From Planctomycetota bacterium (GTDB lineage Bacteria > Planctomycetota > GCA-002687715 > DRQF01), in the NCBI GenBank assembly GCA_027001995.1, contig JALTLO010000138.1, positions 1 to 42,868 on the forward strand: a stretch of DNA of 42,868 bases, in the 5' to 3' direction. Numbering within the stretch: position 1 is the stretch's first letter; the number at the start of each line of letters is the position of its first letter. The position numbers and the translations under genes are program-made. Shown here piece after piece: positions 18,540 through 28,309 of this stretch. The notes beneath the pieces were generated by a model. That model was not told the origin of the DNA and did no database searches. It saw only the letters and a program-made list of their open reading frames with translations.

Positions 18540-20288
18540 ATGTCTAACAAAATTAGATTTCAGACAACCACCGTCATGTTTACCCTATTTCTTGCTGCAA
18601 TGAGCGCAGCCCAGTCATTTGCTCCCCCAGTGGTCTATCCAAACGGCAATTGGACAACAGAGATGATCTCCGGAGACTGGAATGGAGACGGGGCAATTGA
18701 TATTGCGAGTTGTTACCCCAGTTCAAACGGCGGCGTCCCAGCCGGCATCACGTTAAGATTCAATTTGGGTGGTGGTATCGTATCAAACGCCATTTCCGCC
18801 ACCACAACAGGCGTCGACAACATTGCAACCGCTGACATTGACGGTGACGGTGACCTAGATCTTGTTGCTTCCTACAAGTCGATCTCGAATGCCGTCGGAG
18901 GCCATGTCCATGTCTACTATGGTGATGGGAACGGGATTTTCGCTGAGGTAAACCTTCAAAACTCGAACCCTCTCATCTTTGACGGAAATGGCACTCTTCG
19001 AAACAGCGAAATTAAGGATGTCGGCCTTGAAGACGTAAATGGCGACCAACTGCCAGACCTCATCGTCTTGGAAGAGTACGCGACCGGCTTCACAGTCTTC
19101 TTGAATCAGGGTGGCAGTATCCCTTTCCCGGCTTCATCTTCCCAAGTCTATGATTTAGATCTCTACAGCGGTCCAGAGGAAATGGCTTTCATGGACTACG
19201 ATGGCGACGGCGACTCAGACATTCTGATCGTCCGCGCTAATACGAATTGGAACATGGACGACGAAGTGATCGCGATCAAGAATGATGGTTTAGGCGGCTT
19301 TGGAAGTCAACTATCGCCAGCACTGTTTTCCCTGTCCTTCGTCGCATTTCGGGTCAAACAAATCGCAACAGGTGATTTCGATGGCAATGGGTTACTTGAC
19401 ATTGTTACCGGGTCAAATAATCAGGCCATCACGATCCTTCGGAACTTCGGCAACGGATTGTTTATCTCGCAAACATACTACGAACCAAGCGGGATTTGGA
19501 TTGCGCGAGAACTCGATGTTTCAGATCTTGACAACGATGGGGACATGGACGTTGTACTCGCCAATAACGCGATCAGCACCCAGGGGGCTACCCTGTTCGT
19601 AAATGATGGTTCCGGTTGCTTTAGCGTCGGCAGTTGCCCAGCCCCAGGAGCGATTTCGGCTGGCCAATACATCCCAGTAGGCTTCAGCACATGCCGGAGC
19701 ATGGTAATCGAGGACTTGGATGGCGACGGATCCTCCGACTTGGTCTTTGGCTCGGATGGAAACCCGGATATCTCTGTTCTCATCAATCTGACGGCAACTT
19801 TGCAGCCCGCAGCCTATCCAGGAAATGCCGTCGACTTCTGGACGGATGTGACAATCAATGGCGCTCTTTCCCTCAACCCAACAAGGGTTTTCTCTCTCAC
19901 CGCTGGCAGCAATGTAGCCCTTAAGTTTTCGTCCCCCGGCGGTACACTTTACGGACAGCCATTCACTTCGATGTATCAAGTCCAGGCAACCGGCACTCCT
20001 CTGGCATCGCAAGTCATTCCAGGTGACATGGCTCCTCAAGGTTTTTGGCTGGTAAACGATGGAAGCGTCGGCCTATTTCCTTTGATTGACGGATTCGGCT
20101 TCTTTGCCTCATCCCCCGCTGGCATCGCACCAACACTCCCATACGGGGGCGCCAACATTGGTTTTGTGATCCCGCTCGCCGCAGCTGGCATGAATCTCTC
20201 TGTCTTTATCCAAACCGTCATCTTATCGCCAGGTCTCAATTCCCTGAACTACGGTCTGAGCAACTGCAAAGAACTACGGATTCTTTGA
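18540..20288 (+). CDS. Secreted FG-GAP/VCBS repeat protein
   Basis: Signal peptide (SAA-Q), seven D-x-D/N-x-D-x-x-x-D repeats, and a C-terminal non-repeat domain. Confidence 0.88.
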   Translation: MSNKIRFQTTTVMFTLFLAAMSAAQSFAPPVVYPNGNWTTEMISGDWNGDGAIDIASCYPSSNGGVPAGITLRFNLGGGIVSNAISATTTGVDNIATADIDGDGDLDLVASYKSISNAVGGHVHVYYGDGNGIFAEVNLQNSNPLIFDGNGTLRNSEIKDVGLEDVNGDQLPDLIVLEEYATGFTVFLNQGGSIPFPASSSQVYDLDLYSGPEEMAFMDYDGDGDSDILIVRANTNWNMDDEVIAIKNDGLGGFGSQLSPALFSLSFVAFRVKQIATGDFDGNGLLDIVTGSNNQAITILRNFGNGLFISQTYYEPSGIWIARELDVSDLDNDGDMDVVLANNAISTQGATLFVNDGSGCFSVGSCPAPGAISAGQYIPVGFSTCRSMVIEDLDGDGSSDLVFGSDGNPDISVLINLTATLQPAAYPGNAVDFWTDVTINGALSLNPTRVFSLTAGSNVALKFSSPGGTLYGQPFTSMYQVQATGTPLASQVIPGDMAPQGFWLVNDGSVGLFPLIDGFGFFASSPAGIAPTLPYGGANIGFVIPLAAAGMNLSVFIQTVILSPGLNSLNYGLSNCKELRIL

Positions 20289-20302
20289 TTCATGTCGCCG
20301 AT

Positions 20303-20340
20303 GTGGGCAAGTCGAAGAATCGTCTTGCCTACTATTTATT
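20303..20340 (+). terminator. Probable terminator after the FG-GAP gene
   Basis: GTGGGCAAG / CTTGCCTAC stem followed by TATTTATT. Confidence 0.5.
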
Positions 20341-20495
20341 CGAAAGATCAACGCTCACCTTCATTCTTGTGAGGTCAGATCTCAAGCAACGAGTCTCGAT
20401 TGCTCTCGAAATGCCCACTCACCCGCAACCTTACAAATAAGCCATGGACGAGGATGGGTAAAAAGCCACGCGCCGCCAGACGCTCGCCCATATAC

Positions 20496-22061
20496 CTAGC
20501 CCTTCTTATTGAACTCTTCGGCGTAGTCGACGGCGATTTCGTACTTGGGGTCTTCCAAGACAGAAACTTCGACGAGCTTTCCAGCACGGTGCAAGAGTTT
20601 TTTGCAGTCGGGGCTTAAGTGGCGCAGATGAAGATTCTTGCCAGCTTTCTCGTAACGCACTGCTAAGGCATCGATGACTTGCAAACCTGAATAATCCATG
20701 ACTCGAGAATCCTTGAAATCGATGATCACTTCTTTGGGATCATTCTTCGGATCGAAGAGTTCTTGGAAGCTGGTGGTAGAGCCAAAGAATAAGACACCCG
20801 CAATGGTGTAAATACGTTCTCCATTTGGGCCTGTGGTTTGTTCGGCATGAAGATGCTTTGCAGCCGACCAAGCATAACCCAAAGCTGAAACAATAACGCC
20901 AACCACGACAGCCATGGCCAAATCACTGTAGACGGTGACGCAGGTCACCAAGATCATGACAAATGCGTCTTGCTTGGGAATGCGGTGCATGATCTGCAAA
21001 GAGCGCCAAGCAAAGGTGCCGATGACGACCATGAACATAACCCCCACAAGGGCCGCCAAGGGGATGCGCTCAATAAGCGGGGCCCCAAAGAGAATAAATC
21101 CGAGCAAGAACAAAGCTGCAGCGATGGCTGAGATTCTCGTGCGGGCTCCAGACTCGACGTTAATCATGCTCTGACCGATCATAGCGCAACCACCCATGCC
21201 GCCAAAGAATCCGGTCACCACGTTGGCCACACCTTGAGCGGCGCATTCCTTACTGGCTCCGCCTTTGGTTTCTGTCATTTCAGAGACCAAGTTCAATGTC
21301 AGCAAAGACTCAATCAAGCCGATGGCCGCTAAGACCACCGAGTAGGGTAAGATGATCTTGATGCTCTCAAGGTTAAAAGGAACGGAGGGAAGGTGAAATG
21401 AAGGAAGGCCCCCAGCAATGCTGGCTAAGTCGCCCACGGAAGGCACATTCATGTCAAACCCAATAACCAGGGCAGACACAGTGCCAATCCCCATGAGAGG
21501 TGCTGGGATCGCTTTGGTGAGCTTGGGCATCAAGTAGATGATCATCATGGTCATGGCGACCAATCCCATGGTCAAAGCCATAGGAGAGCCGGTCATCCAC
21601 ACCATATTCCCGGAACCATCATCAACTTTGAATTGTCCCATTTGCGCTAGGAAAATGACCACAGCCAAACCATTCACGAAACCCAGCATGACCGGATGGG
21701 GAACCATGCGAATGAACTTGCCCCAGCGCAAAGCCCCGGCGATCATTTGAATAACTCCCATGAGCACAACCGTGGCAAAGAGATACTCCACGCCATGAGC
21801 AGAAACCAAGCTCACCATAACGATAGCCAAAGCCCCTGTGGCCCCAGAGATCATGCCAGGACGACCACCCAAGACCGCCGTAATCAAACCAACAATGAAG
21901 GCAGCATAGAGCCCAACCAGGGGTTCCACCCCAGCAACAATGGCGAAGGCCACGGCTTCGGGGATGAGAGCCAAAGCCACAGTCAAGCCAGCCAATACTT
22001 CAGTTTTTAGGAGCCCAGCGGAAATAGTCGGCTGAGCATCAGGCGCGGCGCCTTGCTTCAC
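20496..22061 (-). CDS. SulP-family inorganic anion transporter with STAS domain
   Basis: LAGLTVALALIPEAVAFA, GGRPGMISGATGA, GGMGGCAMIGQS, and C-terminal GVLFFGS...DYSGLQVI STAS motifs. Confidence 0.95.
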   Translation of the reverse strand: MKQGAAPDAQPTISAGLLKTEVLAGLTVALALIPEAVAFAIVAGVEPLVGLYAAFIVGLITAVLGGRPGMISGATGALAIVMVSLVSAHGVEYLFATVVLMGVIQMIAGALRWGKFIRMVPHPVMLGFVNGLAVVIFLAQMGQFKVDDGSGNMVWMTGSPMALTMGLVAMTMMIIYLMPKLTKAIPAPLMGIGTVSALVIGFDMNVPSVGDLASIAGGLPSFHLPSVPFNLESIKIILPYSVVLAAIGLIESLLTLNLVSEMTETKGGASKECAAQGVANVVTGFFGGMGGCAMIGQSMINVESGARTRISAIAAALFLLGFILFGAPLIERIPLAALVGVMFMVVIGTFAWRSLQIMHRIPKQDAFVMILVTCVTVYSDLAMAVVVGVIVSALGYAWSAAKHLHAEQTTGPNGERIYTIAGVLFFGSTTSFQELFDPKNDPKEVIIDFKDSRVMDYSGLQVIDALAVRYEKAGKNLHLRHLSPDCKKLLHRAGKLVEVSVLEDPKYEIAVDYAEEFNKKG

Positions 22062-22248
22062 AATCTGTCCTCAATGATGCATGCAATTGGGCAAATCATC
22101 GCCGCGAACCCCAATTGAGGTTCGAACCGACAATCTACTGATCTTTCGGAAGGCGACTCTGATAAGAGATTTCCGCTCGCGCCGCAAGCAAAGCTGGGGA
22201 ATTCCCCCTGTCGTTGACGAACAAAGGTGCCAAAAGTAATCTCCTTCC

Positions 22249-23388
22249 ATGTTGAATTCAACCGCTCCTATAACCCAAACATGGTCACCACCTGGCCTTT
22301 CGATCTGGCCCACAGTCGCTTTGACCATGCTGTTGATGGTCTTAGGAGCTTGCTCAACCCCCAGAGGACACCAGCAACAACAAGAGAAACCCTCGTTTCA
22401 ATTCGCTCTGTGGGCCCACGGCAATGCCAAGAGGAGCGATGAAGACTGGGGCCTAAGGCTGGAAGAGCTTCGCGACGTCGGTATCACGGATCTTTTCCTT
22501 GGCGCTGGAGCTGATGAACTTGGGCGCATGGTTCGGTTGGCTGCCGCCAAGAACATACGCATCCATGGTTGGGTTTGGACCTTAAATCGACCTAACGACA
22601 AAGTCGCCATGAAGAACCCCTCTTGGTACGCCGTCAACCGCCAAGGCAAGAACAGTTTGGAATATCGGGCCTACGTCAACTACTACCAGTGGTTGAGCCC
22701 GTTTAGCCCGGGTGCCCGCCAACACATCGAAGAAAAAGTCAAGGCCATCGCTGCCGTCGAAGGGCTGGCCTCCGTCCACCTGGACTATGTACGTTTCTGC
22801 GACGTTATTCTGGCCACCGGACTCCAGCCCAAATATGGTTTAGTCCAAGACCAGGAAATGCCCGAATATGATTTTGGCTACCACCCCATTGCCCGAGCCG
22901 CCTTCAAAGCCAAATTTGGCGATGACCCCTTGTTCATGAAGAACCCGGAACTCAGTAACGAATGGCGACAGATGCGGCTGAATGCTCTGACGGATTTCGT
23001 CAACCATCTGAGTGATGTGGTTCATGATGCGGGCAAGAAGATCAGCGCGGCAGTTTTTCCTTTTCCGGAAATGTCCCGTCAGATGGTGCGCCAGGATTGG
23101 GACAAATGGCGGTTGGACATTTTCCTACCCATGATCTACCACAACTTCTATGAAAAGAATGAGGCATGGATTGGCTTTTGTACGCGCCAAGGTGTTCGAG
23201 ACCTCATGGGCCGAGCCAAGCTTATGAGTGGCCTCTACTTACCTGATCTTAACCCAAATCAACTGGGCAAAGCCATTCGTGAGTGTCGGGCAAACGGAGC
23301 CCATGGTGTTTCCCTATTCGACTTAGGTGCTCTTTCGAAGAAACATATGGCCCAAATTCAAATCTTAAGCCAAGATTTCAACCAATGA
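22249..23388 (+). CDS. Family-10 glycosyl hydrolase-like (GHL10/DUF187) lipoprotein
   Basis: Lipobox LGAC; IHGW, GLASVHLDYVRF, SAAVFP, QDWDKW, PMIY and G-x-SLF TIM-barrel motifs. Confidence 0.8.
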   Translation: MLNSTAPITQTWSPPGLSIWPTVALTMLLMVLGACSTPRGHQQQQEKPSFQFALWAHGNAKRSDEDWGLRLEELRDVGITDLFLGAGADELGRMVRLAAAKNIRIHGWVWTLNRPNDKVAMKNPSWYAVNRQGKNSLEYRAYVNYYQWLSPFSPGARQHIEEKVKAIAAVEGLASVHLDYVRFCDVILATGLQPKYGLVQDQEMPEYDFGYHPIARAAFKAKFGDDPLFMKNPELSNEWRQMRLNALTDFVNHLSDVVHDAGKKISAAVFPFPEMSRQMVRQDWDKWRLDIFLPMIYHNFYEKNEAWIGFCTRQGVRDLMGRAKLMSGLYLPDLNPNQLGKAIRECRANGAHGVSLFDLGALSKKHMAQIQILSQDFNQ

Positions 23389-24482
23389 AGACTTTAGCGT
23401 GGGCCTTGCTCATTCCAATCTTGGCAATTCTATCTATTCTGAGCTGCAAGGTCCGAGACAAAGTCGCTCCCAATCAGGACCTGCCCCGGCGCTATGTTTG
23501 CCAACGAGTTCGTAGGCCTTTGGTTCATGACGGCAAGCTCAATGATCCTTCCTGGCTCCGAGCCCCTTGGACCAGCGATTTCCTGGACATTTTGGGTGCT
23601 GAAGAGACACCGCCTTACTTTCGCACCCGCATGAAGATGCTCTGGGATGACACCTACCTTTACTTCGGCGTCGAAATGGAGGAAACAGATTTGCAGGCCA
23701 GCCTCAGCAAGCATGACTCCGTCATCTATAGAGATAACGATTTCGAAGTCTTCATTGATCCTGATGGCGACACCCACAACTATTTTGAGTTGGAGGTAAA
23801 TGCCCTTGGCACCACTTGGGATCTAGCTCTCAACCGTCCCTACAGAGACGGCGGAAAAGCCAACAACAAGTGGGAGATCGAAGGCCTTCTCTACCACTAC
23901 CACCTCAATGGAACCCTCAACAATCCCCATGATGTCGATGGAGGTTGGACAATTGAGATCGCCATTCCCTGGAAATCTATGGAAGGAGGAGCGCTTCACA
24001 AGGGGGCTCCTCATCATCGAGAACAATGGCGCATCAACGCTTCTCGAGTTCAATGGCGATGGACCGTAGAAAACGGCACCTACGTCAAGAAAAGGGATCG
24101 CCGACGCAAGAGCCTGCCAGAATTGAATTGGTCGTGGACCCCTCAAGGGGTCATCAATATGCACCGCCCAGAAGATTGGGCCTTCGTTCAATTCTCTGAG
24201 AAACTGGTTGGTGAAGAAGATGACTTCGTCATGAGGCCAGAAGAAGAAACGAAGAGAATCCTCCGAGACTATCATCGAGCCCAGAGGAAATACCATCGCG
24301 AGAAGAAAACCTATTGCTGGGATATGGACGTAAAACCGTTCCAAGAGTTGATAGAAACAAGAAGGAAGAATCGTCCGACAATCAGTGCTACAAAAGACGG
24401 ATACGACATGTCCATGAGGAGTACAGACGGTAAGAGCACATGGCACATCAATCGCTTGGGACGTGTCTGGAAAGATCGCTAA
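23385..24482 (+). CDS. Carbohydrate-binding family 9-like lipoprotein
   Basis: ATGA overlap with the upstream gene; lipobox ILSC; DGKLNDPSW, KMLWDDTYLY, DNDFEVFIDPDGD, YFELEVNALGT and WTIEIAIPW motifs. Confidence 0.85.
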   Translation: MKTLAWALLIPILAILSILSCKVRDKVAPNQDLPRRYVCQRVRRPLVHDGKLNDPSWLRAPWTSDFLDILGAEETPPYFRTRMKMLWDDTYLYFGVEMEETDLQASLSKHDSVIYRDNDFEVFIDPDGDTHNYFELEVNALGTTWDLALNRPYRDGGKANNKWEIEGLLYHYHLNGTLNNPHDVDGGWTIEIAIPWKSMEGGALHKGAPHHREQWRINASRVQWRWTVENGTYVKKRDRRRKSLPELNWSWTPQGVINMHRPEDWAFVQFSEKLVGEEDDFVMRPEEETKRILRDYHRAQRKYHREKKTYCWDMDVKPFQELIETRRKNRPTISATKDGYDMSMRSTDGKSTWHINRLGRVWKDR

Positions 24483-24495
24483 GAAAGAAGGGCAA

Positions 24496-24529
24496 GAAGA
24501 AACACCCAAGAGGCCTTGGGTGTTTCTTC
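24496..24529. terminator. Bidirectional terminator between convergent genes
   Basis: 15-bp perfect stem GAAGAAACACCCAAG-AGGC-CTTGGGTGTTTCTTC. Confidence 0.8.
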
Positions 24530-24546
24530 ACCGGAGAACGCGCCTT

Positions 24547-27069
24547 TTACTTACGTTGCGTCTGCTTGGCAATGATTTTCGCGGCTTGAATCAAGCCACT
24601 CAGTTCCTTGCGTAAGCCCCTTGGATCATTTTCTGCACCGAAAGATCCCAAGGACAACTCAAAGGCCGTCTCCAAGCTTGCCTGCCCAACATATTGTGAC
24701 CTCGACAAGATCATGGCGAAGAGAGCCACAGAAGAAGATAACTTGAAATCCGTAGAAGCGTCGCCATAAGACTTTCCTTGGTCCACAACTGTGAGGATGC
24801 GCACCCGGCTGTCGTTTTGGTTAGGCAACTTGTAGCGCACCTTCACAGTGGCCACTTCACCAGGAGCCCCGATTTTCGTGGGAGCTACTTGCTTTTGGTA
24901 CTTCAAAGGATCAACTAAGGGCTGACCCTCACCGTTCTTCGCTGGGCGAATTTCGTAAAGGGCCACAACTGTATGACCTGCTCCGATCTCACCAGCATCC
25001 TTGGTATCGTCGTTGAAATCCTCTGCCGCCAAGAGGCGGTTCGTATAGCCCAAGAGACGGTAAGATGCCACTTCGGTGGGATTAAACTCCACTTGCAACT
25101 TGCAGTCCTTGGCCACCGTGACCAAAGTGCCTTCCAATTCTTCCACCAAGACCTTGTTGGCTTCTTTGTTGCTATCAATGTAGGCGTAATGACCATTGCC
25201 CTTGTTAGCCAAGGCTTCCATCTTATCGTCTTTGATGTTGCCAGTGCCAAACCCAAGCACGCTCAGGAAAATGCCCGTCTTGGCCTTTTCTTTGATCATC
25301 TTGATGAGAGAACTGGTATCACTCACGCCAACGTTGAAGTCGCCGTCGGTACACAAGATCACCCGGTTCGTCCCTTCCACATCAAAATTCTCACTGGCAG
25401 TCTTGTAGGCCAGCTCAATACCCGAAGCGCCATGAGTCGAGCCCTTGGCGGTAAGCCTATCCAAGGCAGCCAAAATCACGCTCTTTTCATGACCTCGGGT
25501 TGCGGGAAGAACCAAACCCGAAGAACCGGCGTAGGTGACGATGGTCACCCGGTCATCTTCACCCAATTGCTTCACCATGGCTTTGAGACCACGAACCAAC
25601 AAAGGCAATTTGTCCGCTGATTTCATTGAACCAGAAACATCAATCAAGAAAACCAAATTGCTTGGGCCACGGGCATCCCGAGCAATCGTCTTAGCCCGAA
25701 AGCCAATGCGCAAAAGCCGATTCTCCAAATTCCACGGGCAAGAAGCCACCTCAGCGTGGATACGAAGAGGCTCGCCGAATTCTGGTTGGGGATCATCATA
25801 GTGAAAGTAATTCACCATTTCGTCCACGCGCACAGCATCCTTTGGAGGCCAAACTCCGGAATTAAGATGGCGACGCACGTTGGCGTATGATGCTGTGTCA
25901 ACATCTAAGCCTATGGTTGAAAGCGGGCTCACACCCACCAGGGAGAAGTCGTTTTCACGAACTGCGGCGTAGCTCTCTCCTGAGCTATCAGCTTTGGTCG
26001 TTTCGTCCAAAGAGGAATGGCGAGGTTGCATTTCTGTGACAAACTTTCTTGCCTTTCTCCCGTTGGTTAGTCCCTTCGCTATCAACTCTCTCTTACGCAA
26101 TCGTTGTGATTTCTTGCGAGCATCCAAGGACCTCGACGCCCTTCTCTTGTTTCCGGAATGCCGGCCAAAGTAGCCTCCCCCCGCACCACCGCCTAACCCC
26201 AGGGACATGGCGCCCAAACTCTTCTTTCCTGGTTTCGCGCCCCCACGGTCAGCCCGAGATCCCCCAACCCAGGCTCCACCCGTGGTCGCAGAACCAGGGT
26301 TCAAATTTCCAGGGGAACCAGGTACTGGGCTTCCTCCACCTCCCGGTGCAGGGCCGCCACCAGGGGTGTTCAAAAAAGTAACTCCGACAGTTGAATTGCC
26401 ATGTTGGTCGCTGCTTGAACCCTTGGCAGAGCCTTGGGCCTGATCAGGAGCTATTGTTCGGGTTCTCTTCAACTCCTCTTTCAAGCGGTCAACGACCTCA
26501 CCGCGGTCCCGAGAAATTGTCACCTCGGAGTGGGTGATGCGAGAATTATCCTTCAAGTCCCCAGGCTTTAGTTCGCCAGCTAAATTCAATCTCACTTGAT
26601 CTATTGATAGAGGCTGACTCTCAGTGTCCGTCCCAGTCGTTTGATGCCGCTCGCGGTATTCGGAAACAGTTAAAGCCGAAGCGTCCTTTTTCATGGCTGT
26701 AAGTTCTTTGGTGATGACCAATTCTTCGCCACGGGGACCGTTATTGCCTCCAGCAAAACTAATTGCTCCACTGATCGCCAATATCATCCCTGCGGCAACA
26801 GCGAAGGGCCGAAGATCAGCAAAGAACCCTGGCTTGGCCACAGTCGAGCCCGTCACTTTCTCAATGACACCCCGTCTTTTGGGATCAAGTCCAGGAGCGT
26901 CTTCTTCAGACATCTTGGCCTTAAGCTCGGTGGTGAGACCCACCATGTCATCGAAGAATGATTTGGCGGCCAGATCATTCGTGACCAAGTTTAGGGCTTT
27001 TTTCTTCTCATCGCCTTGGAGTTCTCCTAAGGCCAAAGAAGTCAGCATGATTTCATCAGTTATGTTCAT
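24547..27069 (-). CDS. YfbK-like VWA-domain protein (vWF_A + VWA + DUF3520) with anti-sigma-like N-terminus
   Basis: LSTIGLDVDTASYANVRR, MIDAS DVSGSM, TDGDFNVG, YRLLGY..R...DFNDDTKDAGEIGAGH motifs. N-terminal LTSLALGEL helix, TM segment and Gly-rich linker. Confidence 0.88.
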   Translation of the reverse strand: MNITDEIMLTSLALGELQGDEKKKALNLVTNDLAAKSFFDDMVGLTTELKAKMSEEDAPGLDPKRRGVIEKVTGSTVAKPGFFADLRPFAVAAGMILAISGAISFAGGNNGPRGEELVITKELTAMKKDASALTVSEYRERHQTTGTDTESQPLSIDQVRLNLAGELKPGDLKDNSRITHSEVTISRDRGEVVDRLKEELKRTRTIAPDQAQGSAKGSSSDQHGNSTVGVTFLNTPGGGPAPGGGGSPVPGSPGNLNPGSATTGGAWVGGSRADRGGAKPGKKSLGAMSLGLGGGAGGGYFGRHSGNKRRASRSLDARKKSQRLRKRELIAKGLTNGRKARKFVTEMQPRHSSLDETTKADSSGESYAAVRENDFSLVGVSPLSTIGLDVDTASYANVRRHLNSGVWPPKDAVRVDEMVNYFHYDDPQPEFGEPLRIHAEVASCPWNLENRLLRIGFRAKTIARDARGPSNLVFLIDVSGSMKSADKLPLLVRGLKAMVKQLGEDDRVTIVTYAGSSGLVLPATRGHEKSVILAALDRLTAKGSTHGASGIELAYKTASENFDVEGTNRVILCTDGDFNVGVSDTSSLIKMIKEKAKTGIFLSVLGFGTGNIKDDKMEALANKGNGHYAYIDSNKEANKVLVEELEGTLVTVAKDCKLQVEFNPTEVASYRLLGYTNRLLAAEDFNDDTKDAGEIGAGHTVVALYEIRPAKNGEGQPLVDPLKYQKQVAPTKIGAPGEVATVKVRYKLPNQNDSRVRILTVVDQGKSYGDASTDFKLSSSVALFAMILSRSQYVGQASLETAFELSLGSFGAENDPRGLRKELSGLIQAAKIIAKQTQRK

Positions 27070-27070
27070 G

Positions 27071-27631
27071 TTATTCTCCTTGTGCTCGCTTGGTGCCCTG
27101 AGCCGGGATGGCGAGCTTCGCTCTCAACGAGCGCAAAGCGGTATGGATCAAAACGCCGACGTGGGAGATTGAGACCTCCATCACCGAACCTATCTCGCGA
27201 TAACTCAGGCCTTGTTGAAACTTGAGCCTGAGGATTTCTTGCTCACGAGGCGGCAACACGGAAACTGATGCCAAGATGCAATTGAGATGATCCCGTTTTT
27301 CTGCAACCTGCGCCGGATCAAAATCCTGGGAAACTTCTTGTGGGTGGGTCACGTCTTCTGCCATGTGGGTCATGCGACTCTCCTTTCGAATCACGTCCAA
27401 AGCCCGATTTCGACAGACGGTGAAGAGCCAGACCCGTAAGACGGGCTCCGTCTTTTCTTGCTCTTGCAAACACAAACGCAAAAAAGTGTCTTGGACTACG
27501 TCTTGAGCCCGTTCGAGATCGCCTAAGATCTGATAGGCATAGAGGATGAGCTTGCGCTCATGCCGATCCAATGCTTTCATGACCCAGGCTCTGTCCCCGC
27601 CCTGTCCAACTTTGCTGCTCGTTTCCGCCAT
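27071..27631 (-). CDS. ECF RNA polymerase sigma factor
   Basis: AQDVVQDTFLRL, WLFTVCRNRALD and LPPREQEILRLKFQQGLSYREIG motifs (sigma regions 2 and 4). Confidence 0.93.
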   Translation of the reverse strand: MAETSSKVGQGGDRAWVMKALDRHERKLILYAYQILGDLERAQDVVQDTFLRLCLQEQEKTEPVLRVWLFTVCRNRALDVIRKESRMTHMAEDVTHPQEVSQDFDPAQVAEKRDHLNCILASVSVLPPREQEILRLKFQQGLSYREIGSVMEVSISHVGVLIHTALRSLRAKLAIPAQGTKRAQGE

Positions 27632-27730
27632 TCGATCTGCCTATTTACCTATTGCCGTTCTTGGGCACGCTTGAAGAACGATCCACATCGCAGTTTCTTA
27701 GGAGAAAATTTATCATATGAGGAAGAAGGG

Positions 27731-27770
27731 AAAGAGAAGAGCCCAATCACCTCGAACGACGTGATTGGGC
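27731..27770 (-). terminator. Terminator after gene 27807..28277
   Basis: 10-bp stem GCCCAATCAC / GTGATTGGGC followed by TCTTCTCTTT on the minus strand. Confidence 0.65.
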
Positions 27771-27806
27771 CAGTTTCATGGAGATGTTTCTCAAAAAAGA
27801 AAATCT

Positions 27807-28277
27807 TCAGCGCTGGTGAAGTCCCATCACCATGCCATCCTTGAGGCTCACCGCCAGCCCATCAGCAAACACAGCAATGTCGGATATCTGTCCCCGGGTG
27901 AACTCTTGAGGTTGCCCCAAACGCTCCACAAGTTCTTTGACACTTTGACCGACATAGGCGCCCTTTGCGGGTGGTAAGGTTCTCTTGAATTTCAGGTCCC
28001 CTTTGGGGTTGACCCATAACACCACACCACCAGATAGCCGAACCGTTGGCTCGCCGTCGCCAACTTTACTTTTCTCATAGTAGAGTTCGAGAGATCCAGC
28101 TCGCCTACCAGTCATTGCAGACGGCACACCAAGAGCATGTATGAGTTCGGTATAAGAACGCCCCAACCATTCAGAGTCATTCTTAAGGACTGGCCTTTCT
28201 TCCGCTTGGGCCGGAATCCAAGCCACCATGCAGGCCACAACCATCAATGCGGAAACACCGAAAAAACGCGTGATCAT
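27807..28277 (-). CDS. Small secreted protein with two SmpA/OmlA-like repeats
   Basis: Signal peptide (AQA-E), GGAG RBS, and repeats WLGRSYTELIHALGVP and YVGQSVKELVERLGQP. Confidence 0.7.
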   Translation of the reverse strand: MITRFFGVSALMVVACMVAWIPAQAEERPVLKNDSEWLGRSYTELIHALGVPSAMTGRRAGSLELYYEKSKVGDGEPTVRLSGGVVLWVNPKGDLKFKRTLPPAKGAYVGQSVKELVERLGQPQEFTRGQISDIAVFADGLAVSLKDGMVMGLHQR

Positions 28278-28309
28278 GTTGATACTCCGTTTTTGTTTAC
28301 TCGACTTGG

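Noticed and set aside
22062..22248. Fluoride or other riboswitch upstream of sulP (GGCGATGA on the minus strand)
   Set aside because: The UCGCC pairing and the CUGAUGAC pseudoknot segment are missing.
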